A DNA stretch of 63,979 nt, counting the filler, from Malassezia furfur (Eukaryota): the NCBI GenBank assembly GCA_052055015.1. It is 17 parts of 17 records of this genome, joined end to end, with 100 filler letters (N's around TTAATTAATTAA, not from the genome) between each part and the next. Parts side by side here need not be neighbours in the genome. Positions count along the whole stretch, not along the records: positions 11,569 to 15,311 come from JBQJIT010000733.1; positions 15,412 to 19,151 come from JBQJIT010000734.1; positions 19,252 to 22,986 come from JBQJIT010000735.1; 14 more parts are not named here. One strand, 5' to 3'. Below the pieces are notes generated by a model that ran no database searches, had not been told where the DNA came from, and saw nothing but the letters and a program-made list of their open reading frames with translations. Positions 11,604 to 23,086 of this stretch are shown here, one piece after another. A program made the position numbers and the translations under genes. Numbering within the stretch: position 1 is the first letter of the stretch; each line of letters opens with the position of its first letter.

Positions 11604-12728
11604 ATGGTGTGGACGCTGGGCGCGCGCGCGCTGGCGACGCAGGCGGCGCCGCGGGTGCGGCCCGCGCGCACGTCGCAGCGCGTTCGTGCGCTCGTGGCAC
11701 TGTCGTGTGCAGGTGCCGGCGCGGCGTACTGGCTGCGTCGCAACGACGCACCACCCTTACCGCAGCCGACGCGGTATGCCGAGCTGACGGTGGAAGAAAG
11801 CGTGCGTCTGCCGCGTCAAGCCGCAGACGCGTTCGACCCAAACGAGGCACCTGTGCATCGCCTGCTGCGAGTACGTGCAGGTGGAGAGCTCGGTGTGGAT
11901 AGCACTGGTTTGGTCGACGATGTCGCGCGGCGCTTGGCCATCTATGCATATTACATCAAGGAGCCGTCGCTACAGGTCGAGCGTGCCTACACCCCCGTCG
12001 AGATGCTCGCGCGGGCGGATCCCAGCACAGTATCGTTTGTTGTGAAGCGGTACGCAGATGGCGAGATGTCGCGTTACCTGCACCGTCTGCGCCCATCGTC
12101 GCCCCTGTCGCTCCGGGGTCCAGTGCCGACGTGGGAGCTGGGCACAGCGCCGGTTCCTGCGGAAATTGTTCTTGTACGTGACGCACTGACGTAGCTCGTT
12201 GCCGGTACGGGTGTAAGCACCGCGGTGCAACTCCTGTCGAACGTGCATGCAGGTGCCGCCGCGTCCGTTCCCCGCCTCACTGTCCTGTACGCCGCCCAGT
12301 CGCTCGACACGCTCGAGATGGTGCCCGAGCTCGCGGCGCTCCAGCGCGCACACCCCAATGTGCGTGTCGGCCTATGGGTCGAGCGCCTTGCCGCGCAACA
12401 TGGCACGGTCGCAGCGCTCGACGGCCCGCCTGTGCCTGCCGAAGTGCAGGCGGAGCGCCGCGCGTGGTGGTGGCCAGCGTCGCCGACGCACTTCCGGCTG
12501 CACCTCGCTAGCGGCGATGTACTGCCGCTCGCGCTGGGCCGCATCAATGCGGCCGATCTGCGTGCGTGGAGTGCGCCAGCCGCCGACCGACTGGTGCTTG
12601 TGTGTGGACCCGACGGGTTTGTGCGGACTATGGCAGGCGACAAGGGCCGCGATCTGGTGTCGCAAGGCCCACTGCGGGGGTTGCTCGCCGAGCTGGGGTA
12701 TCGGCCCGAACAGGTAGTCAAGCTTTAG
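11604..12728 (+). CDS. CYC2: Mitochondrial FAD/NAD(P)-binding oxidoreductase (cytochrome b5 reductase/Cyc2-like); 21-nt intron 12174-12194
   Basis: ERAYTP, VKRYADGEMSRYLH, LRGP, spliced EIVL-LVAGTGV, LVCGPDGF and QGPLRGLLAELGY. Start could lie further upstream. Confidence 0.75.
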
Positions 12729-15037
12729 CGAAGCGCAAGGCCGCGTACGTGCTGCACCTCATTCGGCGTAAGCTGCCACGAGATGCCGAGCGCCGAGCCG
12801 GCCTCGTACGCGTCCTCGTCGTCGTCCCGGTTCAGCACAAAGGCGATCTGCTGCAGCCGTACAAACCGGTCGCGCGCGCCCCAAGGCGCGTCGGCGGTGA
12901 CGAGCGCAAGCATCGCACGTACATCCTTGTCGAAACGCAGCGCACCGAGCTCAGTGAAGCGCGACGCGAGCACCGCGCGCTCGAGAGGCATCAGCACGGC
13001 GTCGAGCGTGTGGAGGAAGAGCAGCGCATAGTTCGCCTCGGTAAGCAGCGCACGATAGCCCGGGAGCAAGGCATCCAGGTGCGTTTGGAGCCGTTTGGCC
13101 GCGCGGTTCTCGTCTTCTGCACGTGCGTAGGCGGTCTCGTCGAGGTCGTACACGAGCTCGGGCAGCACCTCAGCCAGCAGCGCCTGGACGCGTGGCTCAA
13201 CGAGCGTCGTGTACAGCTCCTCCATCTCAAACTGCAGCGCGGAACGCAGCTTGGGCACGAGCGTACCAATGCGACTCAGCGTATCCTGCACCGAGGCAAG
13301 CTCGCTCGTCGTCGAGACGTCCGCGTCGTTGCCGAGTGGCTGCTCGCTATAGTACTGCGCGAGGAACGTTCGGTCGTGCAGGTCCTGCAGCATGCGCTCC
13401 GTATAGGCAGCCGACACGTCGAGCACGTTGAGGTACACGGCCATGGTCATCTTGACTTCGCGTGCGGCTGCGATGCGCCGCGGCCCCTCGACGAGGCGCG
13501 GCACGTTGAGTGTGCGGCGACAGCTGTCCATACGCAACACCACGACGTCGGCATACTCGGTGTCGAGCAGGCCGAGCACGTCGTCGACAATGCGCTCGAC
13601 GGCAGGCACGCACGAAGTGCTCAGCGTACGCGTAAGCACGGTCCGTACCACGAAGAAGAGGTCGTCCGGCATTGAGCTCGTGAGCGGCCGCGCCTCAAGG
13701 TCCGCCGTGTCGAGAGCATGCGCCTTTTCCAGGCCGGCGCGCAGCGCATAGCGCTGGAGCGGCACAAATGCATCCATGCGTATCGCCTCGATGCGTGGCA
13801 CAAGAGATGCGCGGGCTTCGCGGTGCGCCGCTGCATCGAGCTCAGCGGGGCTCGTATGCAGCGCATTGTGCAGAAACTGCACAAACAACGCCCATTGTGC
13901 CGAGACGTGCGCGAGCTCGGTGAGGAGCACGTCGACAGCGCCTGCATCGGGGCGGTCGGGCGCGGGCGCCGCACTCGGCACATTGGGCGTGCTGGGTCGC
14001 GTAAGCGCAAACGGCATAGCACGGTCTTTGCCTGTGCCCTCGTCCGTGCCAAAGATGCGCCCGGGTGTGTACGGCGTGGCACGCACCGCGTCTACGACAG
14101 TGAAGCGAGCTGACGCACATGCCTTCACAAGACGTGCGCGCGAGCGGCGCTCGTCCAGCACGTCGAGAATTTGCGTTCCCAGGCGCGTCCATTCCGCACT
14201 GAGGCCCGGCAAGACACCCTGGACAAACCCGGGGTGCTCTTCCACGCTAAAGAGGCGGTCGACCACCGGCTGGTGCTCATGAATAAAGACAGCAAGGTTG
14301 TCAAACAATGTGGCCCACAGCGCGCTGTAGTACGGCGCGGCAGGCGGCGGGGCGAGCAGTTTTTCCTGAATCGGCTTGCCCTGTGCATGCACGAGCTGGG
14401 TCGCGAGTGCCGTGTACGCGGCGATCCCTTCGTCGTGTGCGTGGACCACGCTAAACAGCGAGAGAAAGCGTGTGGCCTGCGCCTCATCCCGGTCTTCGGT
14501 CGCGTAGTGCACAAACTGGTGTCGTAGCGCGGTGAGGAGGCGCGCGCGCAGCGCTGCGATGGTGGTCGGCGCATCCTCGGGGAGTGCCGCGGTCGGTGCA
14601 GTGTGCTGCGCAAATGTGCTATGCACCACCGCGGGGTCGACAGCAAGCGCCGTCGCACAGTGCGCCGCGGCGGCGTCCCAGTCGTGCCGGTCGAGGGCGT
14701 CAGCGAGCGCAGCGCACGCCTCTTTGAGTTCGATCACAGCGCGGCACCAGTCGATTGCGTGCTTTACACGCTTTCTCTCTTCGTGGATGTCGTGCAAGTC
14801 GGCATGCAACTGCGCGGCAGTCGCGGCCGTGGTGTGCAACCGCGCAGCGACGTCGTCGGCGTCGTGCGCAGCCCGCGTGAGGTGCGGCTGCACGACATGC
14901 GCCACGTCCGCATCTGCGTGTGTCAGTGTGTCGGTGGCGCGTGCGAGAAGCGCGTCGATGCGCGTGGTGCGCGCCGCCTCCTCGGCGTCAAGCGCGTCGA
15001 GCGCGCGCCGGACGTCGGCGGCCTCCACGAGCGCCAT
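12725..15037 (-). CDS. COG4: Conserved oligomeric Golgi complex subunit 4
   Basis: N-terminal coiled coil, SSMPDDLFFVVR, and C-terminal RFTELGALRFDKDVR..RDRFVRLQQI..WQLTPNEV typical of COG4. Confidence 0.88.
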   Translation of the reverse strand: MALVEAADVRRALDALDAEEAARTTRIDALLARATDTLTHADADVAHVVQPHLTRAAHDADDVAARLHTTAATAAQLHADLHDIHEERKRVKHAIDWCRAVIELKEACAALADALDRHDWDAAAAHCATALAVDPAVVHSTFAQHTAPTAALPEDAPTTIAALRARLLTALRHQFVHYATEDRDEAQATRFLSLFSVVHAHDEGIAAYTALATQLVHAQGKPIQEKLLAPPPAAPYYSALWATLFDNLAVFIHEHQPVVDRLFSVEEHPGFVQGVLPGLSAEWTRLGTQILDVLDERRSRARLVKACASARFTVVDAVRATPYTPGRIFGTDEGTGKDRAMPFALTRPSTPNVPSAAPAPDRPDAGAVDVLLTELAHVSAQWALFVQFLHNALHTSPAELDAAAHREARASLVPRIEAIRMDAFVPLQRYALRAGLEKAHALDTADLEARPLTSSMPDDLFFVVRTVLTRTLSTSCVPAVERIVDDVLGLLDTEYADVVVLRMDSCRRTLNVPRLVEGPRRIAAAREVKMTMAVYLNVLDVSAAYTERMLQDLHDRTFLAQYYSEQPLGNDADVSTTSELASVQDTLSRIGTLVPKLRSALQFEMEELYTTLVEPRVQALLAEVLPELVYDLDETAYARAEDENRAAKRLQTHLDALLPGYRALLTEANYALLFLHTLDAVLMPLERAVLASRFTELGALRFDKDVRAMLALVTADAPWGARDRFVRLQQIAFVLNRDDDEDAYEAGSALGISWQLTPNEVQHVRGLALR

Positions 15038-15082
15038 CGTCGTTGCGTGCTGCCACGTGGCGGAACGCGCAGACACACCACG

Positions 15083-15311
15083 ATGTGGACGACCAAGCTG
15101 CTGCACGACAAGGTGGTGCTCGTAACCGGTGCATCGTCGGGCATCGGCGCAGCGACTGCGACGCTATTTGCGCGTGCCGGTGCCAATGTTGTGCTCACCG
15201 CGCGCCGTGCCGATAAGCTTGCGGAGGTGTGCCGGGCGTGCGAGGAGGCGAACCGTGCGGGCCAGACGGGCAAGGGCGGGCGCTACGCGGCCGTGTCGCT
15301 CGACATGACCA
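15083..15311 (+). CDS. Short-chain dehydrogenase/reductase, N-terminal fragment
   Basis: Rossmann motif VVLVTGASSGIG followed by VVLTARRADKL. Confidence 0.85.
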
Positions 15312-15411
15312 NNNNNNNNNNNNNNNNNNNNNNNNNNNNNNNNNNNNNNNNNNNNTTAATTAATTAANNNNNNNNNNNNNNNNNNNNNNNNNNNNNNNNN
15401 NNNNNNNNNNN

Positions 15412-18400
15412 TGGAGCGCACGCACACCGACGCGCTCGACGCGCTGCGCGCGAAGCACACGGCGGCGCTCGACGAGGCTGCCCAGGAGCACCGCGCCGCG
15501 CTCGAGCAGCAGGCGGCGCAGCACGACGCGGCGCTTGCGGCGCTCAAAAAGGAGCACACCGAGGCGCTGCAGCACAAGGACGACGAGCACGCGGATGTGC
15601 TCGAGTCGCTTATGAAGGAGCACCTCGATGTGGTCGCGCGCAAGGCGCGTGAGCACGACGCGGCGCTCGCGAGCCAGGGCGAGGCGCACGACCAGGCGGT
15701 GGCCTCGCTGCGCTCCGAGCACGCCGAGGCGATCGGCGCCAAGGAGCGTGCGCATGCCGAGGCGCTCACCGAGAAGGACCGCGCGCACTCCACGGCGCTC
15801 GACTCGCTGCAGCGCGAGCACGACGAGGCGCGTGCGGTGCTCGCGCAGGAGCACGACGAGGCGCGTGCGGCACTCACGAAGGAGTACGAGGAGGCGACGG
15901 CATCGCTCCGCAAAGAGCATGCCGACGCGCTTGCCGCGAGCGAGCAAAAGGCCACGGCAACGCTCGACGCGCTCAAGAAGGAGCACGACGCGGCGCGTGC
16001 AGCGCTCGCGAAGAAGCACGCGGATGCGATCAGCGCCCGGGACACGGAGCATGCGGCGGCGCTCGACGCCGCGCGCAAAGAGCACGCGGCCGCGCTCGAC
16101 GCCCTCCGCGCGGAGCACGCCGCGGCGCTCGATGCCGCGCAAAAGGAGCACGCCGCGGCGCTCGCGCGGCAGCACACCGAGCACACCGCGGCGCTCGACG
16201 CCGTGCACAAGAAGCACCACGAGGCGCTCACCGGCAAAGAGAGCGAGCACGCCAAGATCCTCGACGCGCTCAAGCGCGACCACAAGAAGGCGCTCACCAA
16301 GAAGGACGGCAAGCACACCAAGGCGCTCGACGCGCTCAAGCAGGAGCACGCCGACGCGCTCGCGAAGAAGGATACGGAGCACGCCGAGGCGCATGCGGCG
16401 CTGCAAAAGGGCCGCGACGAGCACCGCACGGCGCTCGATGCGCTCCAGAAGGAGCACGCCGAGGCGCTTGCCGCGCGCGAGCAGCAGCACACTGCGGCGC
16501 TCGACGCGCTCAAGAAGGAGCACACGGCGGTGCTCGAGAAGAGCGCCAGCGAGCACGGCGGATCGCTCGCGGCGCTCCAGCAGGAGCGCGAGGCGGAGCG
16601 CGCCCGCCGCGACGCGGAGCACCGTGCGGCGCTCGACGCGCTCGAGAAGAAGCACGCCGAGGCGCTCGCGGCGCATGCGCAGGAGCGCGCAGCGGCGCAC
16701 GACTCGCTCAAGGAGGAGCATGCCGCGGCGCTTGCGCAGCGCGAGACGGAGCTCGCCGCGGCGCGCGAGGCGCTCCAGAAGGAGCACGCCGAGGCGCTTG
16801 CGCACGCGCAGCGCGAGCATACGGAGGCGATGGACACTCTACGTACGTCGCACGCCGAGGCGCTTGCGGACGCCGAGCGCGGGCGCTCCGAGGCGCTCGA
16901 TGCGCTCCGCAGCGAGCACGGCGAGGCGCTTGCCGAGCGCGAGCGTCAGCACGCCGCGGCACTCGATGCGCTCCGCAAGGAGCACACCGACGCCCACGCC
17001 GGCACACAGAGCGAGCACGCCGCGGCGCTCGCGCGGCAGGAGGCGGCGCACGCCGAGGCGCAAGAGGCGCTGCGCACTCAGCACGCCGCGGCACTCGCCG
17101 AAAAGCACGGCGAGCACACCAAGGCGGTCGATGCGCTCAAGAAGGCGCACGCCGATGCGCTTGCGCGCAAGGATGCCGAAGCTGCCGACGCCGTCGACGC
17201 CGCGCAGAAGCCGCACCTCGAGACGCTGCAGCGCACGCGCGCCGAGCACGACGCGGCGCTCGCCGACGCCAAAGCCGAGCACGATGCGGCGCTCGCCAAG
17301 GCGCGCGAGGAGCACGCCAAGGCGCTCGACGGTGCGCACACGGAGCGCTCGGCGGCGCTCGACGCGCTCAAGAAGGAGCACACCGAGGCGCTTGCCAAAG
17401 CACACACCGAGCGCGACAGCGGCCTCGAAGCGCTCCGCAAGGAGCACGCCGCGGCGCTGTCCAAGGCGCAAACGGAGCGCGACGCCGGCCTCGAAGCGCT
17501 GCGCAGCGAGCACGGCGAAGTCCTCGACGCGCTCAAGAAGGAGCACGGCGAGGCTCTGTCGAAGGCGCACGCCGAGCGCTCGGCGGCGCTCGAGGCGCTC
17601 CGCACGGAGCACGGCGGGGCGCTCGACGCCCTGCAGAAGGAGCACGGCGACGCGCTGGCCAAGGCGCTCGCCGAGCGCGACGAGGCACTCGCAGCGCTCC
17701 GCAAGGAGCACGCCGACGCTCTCGCCGCGGCGCGCGCCGAGCGCGATGCGGCGCTCTCGTCTGGCAAGGCCGAGCACGGCGCGGCGCTCGAGGCGCTCCG
17801 CAGGGAGCATGCCGAGGCGCTCGCCAGCACACACGCGGAGCACGGCGCAGTCCTCGAGGCCCTGCGGAAGGACCACGACGAGGCGCTCGCCAATGCACAG
17901 GCCGAGCGCGACGAGGCGCTCGCGGCCCTTGGCAAGGAGCGCGACGAGGTGCTGTCCAGCCGGCAGGCCGAGCACGGCGCCGTCTTGGATGCACTCCGCG
18001 CGGCGCACGACGAGGCGCTCGCCGAGGCCCGGGCGGAGCGCGACGCGGCGCTGGAGGCGCTCCGCACGGAGCATGCCGACGCGCTCGCTGGCGCACAGAC
18101 GGAGCACAGCGCCGCGGTCGAGGCGCTCCGCAAGGAGCACACCGACGCCCTCGCGCATGCGCAGGCGGCGCGCGCCACCTCGCTCGAGGCCCTGCACAAG
18201 GAGCACACCGACGCGCTGGCCCAGTCGCAGGCGGAGCGTGACGCAGCGCTCGAGGCGCTCCGCAAGGAGCACGCCGCAGCGCTCGCGCACGCCGAGGCGG
18301 AACATGCGTCGGCACTCGCCGAGCACACACGCACGCACGCCGAGGCGCTCGACGCGCTCCGCAGCGAGTACGCGGACCAGGACCGCACGCACGCCACGGC

Positions 18401-19151
18401 GCGTGCCGACCTCGAGAAGGCGCACACCGATGCGCTCGCGCAGCAGTCCACCGAGCACGCCGCGGCGCTCGGCGCGCTGCAGGAGGAGCATGCGCGCGTG
18501 CTTGCGCAGCTCTCGAGCGAGCAGCAGGCGCGGCTCGAGGCGGCGCTCGCCGACAAGGCCGCCGAGAGCCAGGCGATGCTTGCGCAGGCGCAAAAGGAGC
18601 GCGACGCGGCGCTCGCCGAGCAGGCGGACGGCCATGCGTCGGCGCTCGACGCGCTGCGTGCCGAGCTCACGCAGGCGCGCGAGCAGCATGCCTCGGAACG
18701 TGCGGCGCTCGCCGCCGAGCAGGACGCGCTCCTCGACGCGCTCAAGACGGAGCACGAGGAGGTCTACGCCGGGCTCGAGGGCAAGTACGCCGCGGAGATC
18801 GAGGCGCTGCGTGCGCAGCACGCCGAGTCGATCCGGGGGCAGGACGCCCTGCTCGACGCGCTCAAGGAGGAGCACGAGGACGTGTTTGCGGGGATGCAGG
18901 CGACGCTCGGTGCGGAGCTCGACGCACTGCGGCAGTCGCACGCCTCCGAACTCGCCGAGCTGCGCAGCGCCCACGCCGCCGAGGCGGAGCGCACGCGCGC
19001 CGAACACGCCCGAAGCACGCGCACGCGCGCCGAACACACTCGAGGCACCTGCGCTCGCACCGAACACGCCCGAAGCACCCGCGCTCGCGCCCCACACGCC
19101 CAAGGCGCCCGCACTCGCGCCCCGCACGCCCGAGGCGCCTGCGGCGTCGCC
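15412..19151 (+). CDS. Very long Ala/Glu/His-rich 11-residue-repeat helical protein, open at both contig ends
   Basis: Frame open from 15414 to the contig end with dozens of EHAAALDALRK-type units and strong codon bias. Confidence 0.85.
18990..19145 (+). repeat. 27-bp tandem repeat, about 5 degenerate copies (APNTPEAPAL-like in the shifted frame)
   Basis: Units like gcgccgaacacgcccgaagca recur every 27 nt. Confidence 0.75.
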
Positions 19152-19251
19152 NNNNNNNNNNNNNNNNNNNNNNNNNNNNNNNNNNNNNNNNNNNNTTAAT
19201 TAATTAANNNNNNNNNNNNNNNNNNNNNNNNNNNNNNNNNNNNNNNNNNNN

Positions 19252-19445
19252 AGTGAATACCTGATATCAAAAATGCATAGTCATTGCGTCTACGTGGGCC
19301 GAGCGAGATGAAAAGATTCGGGTCACTACCGTTGAACCCAAACAGGTATGCGTCATGCTCAGCCGTAGGTGCGCACAGCTCGGCCAATGCATGAGAATGC
19401 CCGGTACAGCCACGGCATCGGAGCTGGTAGGGAGTTTGGGTTGGG
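19252..19445 (-). CDS. Possible Yippee/Mis18-family zinc-binding protein fragment; 5' exon structure unresolved
   Basis: Frame reads YQLRCRGC...DAYLF...N...LGPRRRN...LISGIH, resembling the yippee pattern CxxC...AYLF..N...GP...R.L.TG.H. Confidence 0.4.
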
Positions 19446-19639
19446 CTGTTTCGCGCTGCGCCGCGTCGCTTCGTGCCATGTTGGTCCCCTCATGCACGCG
19501 CCCTCCTGATGCATGGCGCTGCGGGTTCCACCAACTTGGCACGACCCCCTACGCAATGCACCTGCTGTGACAGCTCGTGCGCTGGCCACCTGCTTCGTTT
19601 CGCACGCGATCATAGCTCTGTGGTCTATGGGTATCCGAG

Positions 19640-20279
19640 CTAATCCTCGTCCGAATCGGCCATCACCATGGCTGTTGTCAGTCGCATAACCTACCGTCGT
19701 CGTCGTCTTCTTCCTCGTTGTTGTTGGTCTGCTTCGCATCCGACTCGGTGCGTTGCGTCTTAGCCGGCCGTGCCTCCTCCGCAACGGGCGCCGCACCGGT
19801 CGGCGCATCTTCGCGCGCGCGCTTCTTGTCCTGCCCCTCGGCGTCCGCCTGCGCGTGCGAGTAGGTGACCTTGGTCGTTGGCTGCAACGTGCCCTCGCTG
19901 ATCCGGCTCAGCCGGCCGGGGTTGAGCAGCGCCTCTTCGCCGTGTTCCTGCACGAGCGATGCGTAGGATTTCTTGCGCGCATACTCGATCACCTGGGTCA
20001 GTCACCGAACACGCACAAGAGGCTTATCGTAGAACTCGAACCCATCGAGGCCGCGCAACGCCGATGTTGCGCTCTGCATGTCGCGAAACACGACGAATGC
20101 CTGTCCACGCATGCCTGGCGCGCGCGTCGCGACGACGTCCAGCACTTTGCCATAGCTGCCAAACAAATCGTAGAGTTGGGCGCGGAGTTCTGCGTAAGCG
20201 GTGTGTACGTACCCTCCTTCTTCACCTTGGTGTTGATGTTCTTGACATACACCGACGCGCTCGGTGTTCCGCTCGGCAT
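19640..20279 (-). CDS. U2 snRNP B''/U1A-family RRM protein; introns 20190-20212 (23 nt), 19993-20016 (24 nt), 19672-19694 (23 nt)
   Basis: Spliced product VYVKNINTKVKKEELRAQLYDLFGSYGKVLDVVA..MRGQAFVVF..FYDKPLVIEYARKKS is the U1A/U2B'' signature. The third intron is less certain. Confidence 0.9.
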
Positions 20280-20398
20280 CGCAGCGGCGGGCGCGAAGCA
20301 GTCGGACGAAAACCACGTGGCGGGCGTCGCGTGGAGGGCGACCGGGGTGCGCACAGGCGGTGCGTCGTGCCTTGTCGTGCGTGCACGGAGACGGAGCA

Positions 20399-22986
20399 AT
20401 GACTTCGCCTGCGCAGCTCGAGATTGGGTACCATCCGACATTTGCGTCGTCATTCTGGACGTATCCCGACTATCGCACGGGTGCGACGGTGCTCTATACG
20501 CACATCCAAGATGGGCTCGACGAGAACGACGAGGTGCTGGCGCTCTTCAAGCACCGGGCCGAGGTCGAGCGCGAGGCGGCGCGCCTGCTCGGCCACATCC
20601 CCGAGCCAGTGCACACATCCAATCCGTTGTTTAGCGGCGCCTCGTCGAGTGCGCGCGGCGGCATCCAAAGCAATGCGACGCCGTCCGCCCGTGCGTTGCG
20701 CCTGCTCGTGAGCGAATTTGCGACGAGCCAGGCGGACAGCCGCCTGCGCGCCGCAAAGCAGATGGAAGCCACGATCGTGCGCCCATTCTCCGATTGGGTC
20801 ATTGCACATGCTGAGCGTGTGCAGGAGAGCTACGATAAAGTGGACGAAGCGCTGAGCGCGATGGAGAAGCAGGACGCCGAGGTCACTCGACTACGCACGG
20901 CGTACGAGACCAAGTGCCGCCTGGCCGACGAGGCCGAGGACGATGCGCGGTTTGCGCCGGGTGCACACACCAGTGCGACGCCGCCGCATGCCGTGGACGA
21001 CGTCACGAGCAGCACGCGCCGCTTGTCGCTCAGCCCGCGCAAGGAAGAGGGCGGGGCGGAGAGCGAGGCGCCGCTCGACCCCCACCGCCTGCAGCGTCGC
21101 GAGACGCTGCGGCAGCAGTTCGGCTTCAAGCAGCGCCGTGCCGACGACGCCAGCGAGAAGCCTGCGGCGCCCGCCGAGTCCGAGGCGCCGGCACCGGCGC
21201 CTGGTCTACAGCGCTCGTCGAGCCGCCTGTCGACCTACCTCACGCGCGCGGTCGGTAAGATGGGCGAGTCGCCGACGCTGGCGCAGGTGCGGGCGGCAGT
21301 GAGCGGGCTGGCGGACCCGCGGCACGTCCGCCTGCGCCGGGACGCCGAGGTCGCCGAGCAGCTGTACCAGGAGGCCGTCGCGCAGTTGGACGCGCTGCGG
21401 TGCCGTGCGGAGCAGGTGCTCTTCCACCAGTACCATAACCTGCAGCGCTGGGAGAGCGACCGCGTGACGGCGCTGCAGCGCGTTGTGCACGCGTACAACC
21501 GCGCGATGGCGCCTGAGGAAGAGGACGGCAAGGCGTCGATGGAGCGCACGGCGCTGTTGGCGGCACGGCTGCAGCCGACGACGCATGTGCAGTTCCTCAT
21601 GAACGAGTACAAGACGGGCCCCTTCCGCCCCGCGCCCGTCGTCTTCCACCCGTACTACCACGACGACCTGAACGCCGTTGCGGGCGTCGCGCGGGCCGGC
21701 TTCGGTATGGACCTCGTGTCGACGGCCAAAGGTACGGCGCTTGCCGCACAAGAGTCGCAGCAGCAAACGGGCCAGCCGGGCAGCGTGCTTGCGATGCCGA
21801 CGCTCCCGCCCGTGCTGCACGCGCTGCTCTCGGCGCTGCAGCGCTCGTATGCGGACCGTGCGCGGTGGATCCCCTCGGGGGCGACCGAGGCGCCGGCGGC
21901 CGTCATCCACGCGGAAAAGCGGCGCATCTGGCTGTACGATGTGCCGCTGCATGTGACGCACGCACTGCGTGCGCGGCTTATTGCGCACGCAAGCGCACAG
22001 GGCGCGCAGAGCGAGCTGGGCGCCGATGAACTGCTCGACACCATCGATGCGCCCGTGCTGGCGGCCACCGTGAAGCTGTGGGCACTCGAGCTCGACACGC
22101 CCCTGCTCCCGTACAGCTTCTGGGACGAGATTGCCGAGATCTACGACGCGGCCGACATCCGGTTCGAGGCGCAGCGCGCGCAGCCGGACGCGGACCCTGC
22201 GCTGATCTCCACGCCGATCATCCAGGGCCTGCACAGCGTGCTGGCGCGCCTGCCCAAGCTGCATCTCGCGTGCCTGGACGCATGGATTGCCCACCTGTAC
22301 AAACTTATCAAGGACACGCCCACCGACGAAGATCCGCACATCTACACGGCCAAGCTTGGCCTGTCGCTTGGGCGCTCCATCCTGCGCCCGAGTGCCGACC
22401 GGCCGAGTACGGTGTACGCCAAGTACCCCACACTGCTGGTCAAGGACTTTGTCGAGCACTACGAAGAGCTTTTCCCGCCGCTCATGCACGCCAAGGCCAA
22501 GGAGTCGGATATGAAGGCGCTCAGTCCCTTCCGCAACGTGCCCATCCGTCGCCGCGCGAGCCTCGTGGACCAGCGCATCTCGCGCAGCTCCCTGCAGAGC
22601 ACCGACGTGCCCACCGACGGTCTCCGCCGCCGCGCCGCGCAGTACGAGCAGCTGCATGGCGCCCGCTCGCCGCTCCGTCGGCACTCCTCGTTGTCGTACC
22701 GCCCGACACAGGGCGCCGAGCGCGCGGCACGGACCTCGCGCAACTTTTCTGCGCACGCAAGCTTGCAAGAGGTGCCGAGCGTGCCCGAGGCACCGAGCGA
22801 GTCGCCAACTGACCCGGCGCCGCCTGTCGTGCCGCCGTCCACAGAGGCGCCCGCGGCGATGCCTCACGATACGGCGGCGCCCGCAAATGAGGTGCCGACG
22901 ACACAGCCCAGCTTGGTGTCCGACGGCAAGCACGAGGCGGCGCCCGCACCGGCCTCGCCGCTCGCTGCGCCGTCGCCCGGGCCCGC
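20399..22986 (+). CDS. F-BAR/FCH plus RhoGAP domain protein (Rgd2/Rga8-like), 3' truncated
   Basis: FASSFWTYPDYRTGATVLY FCH start; RRIWLYDVPL and VLAATVKLWALELDTPLL RhoGAP motifs. Confidence 0.85.
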
Positions 22987-23086
22987 NNNNNNNNNNNNNN
23001 NNNNNNNNNNNNNNNNNNNNNNNNNNNNNNTTAATTAATTAANNNNNNNNNNNNNNNNNNNNNNNNNNNNNNNNNNNNNNNNNNNN

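Noticed and set aside
18990..19145. Short tandem repeats as a CRISPR-like array
   Set aside because: No unique spacers, the repeats are coding, the context is eukaryotic and there are no cas genes.
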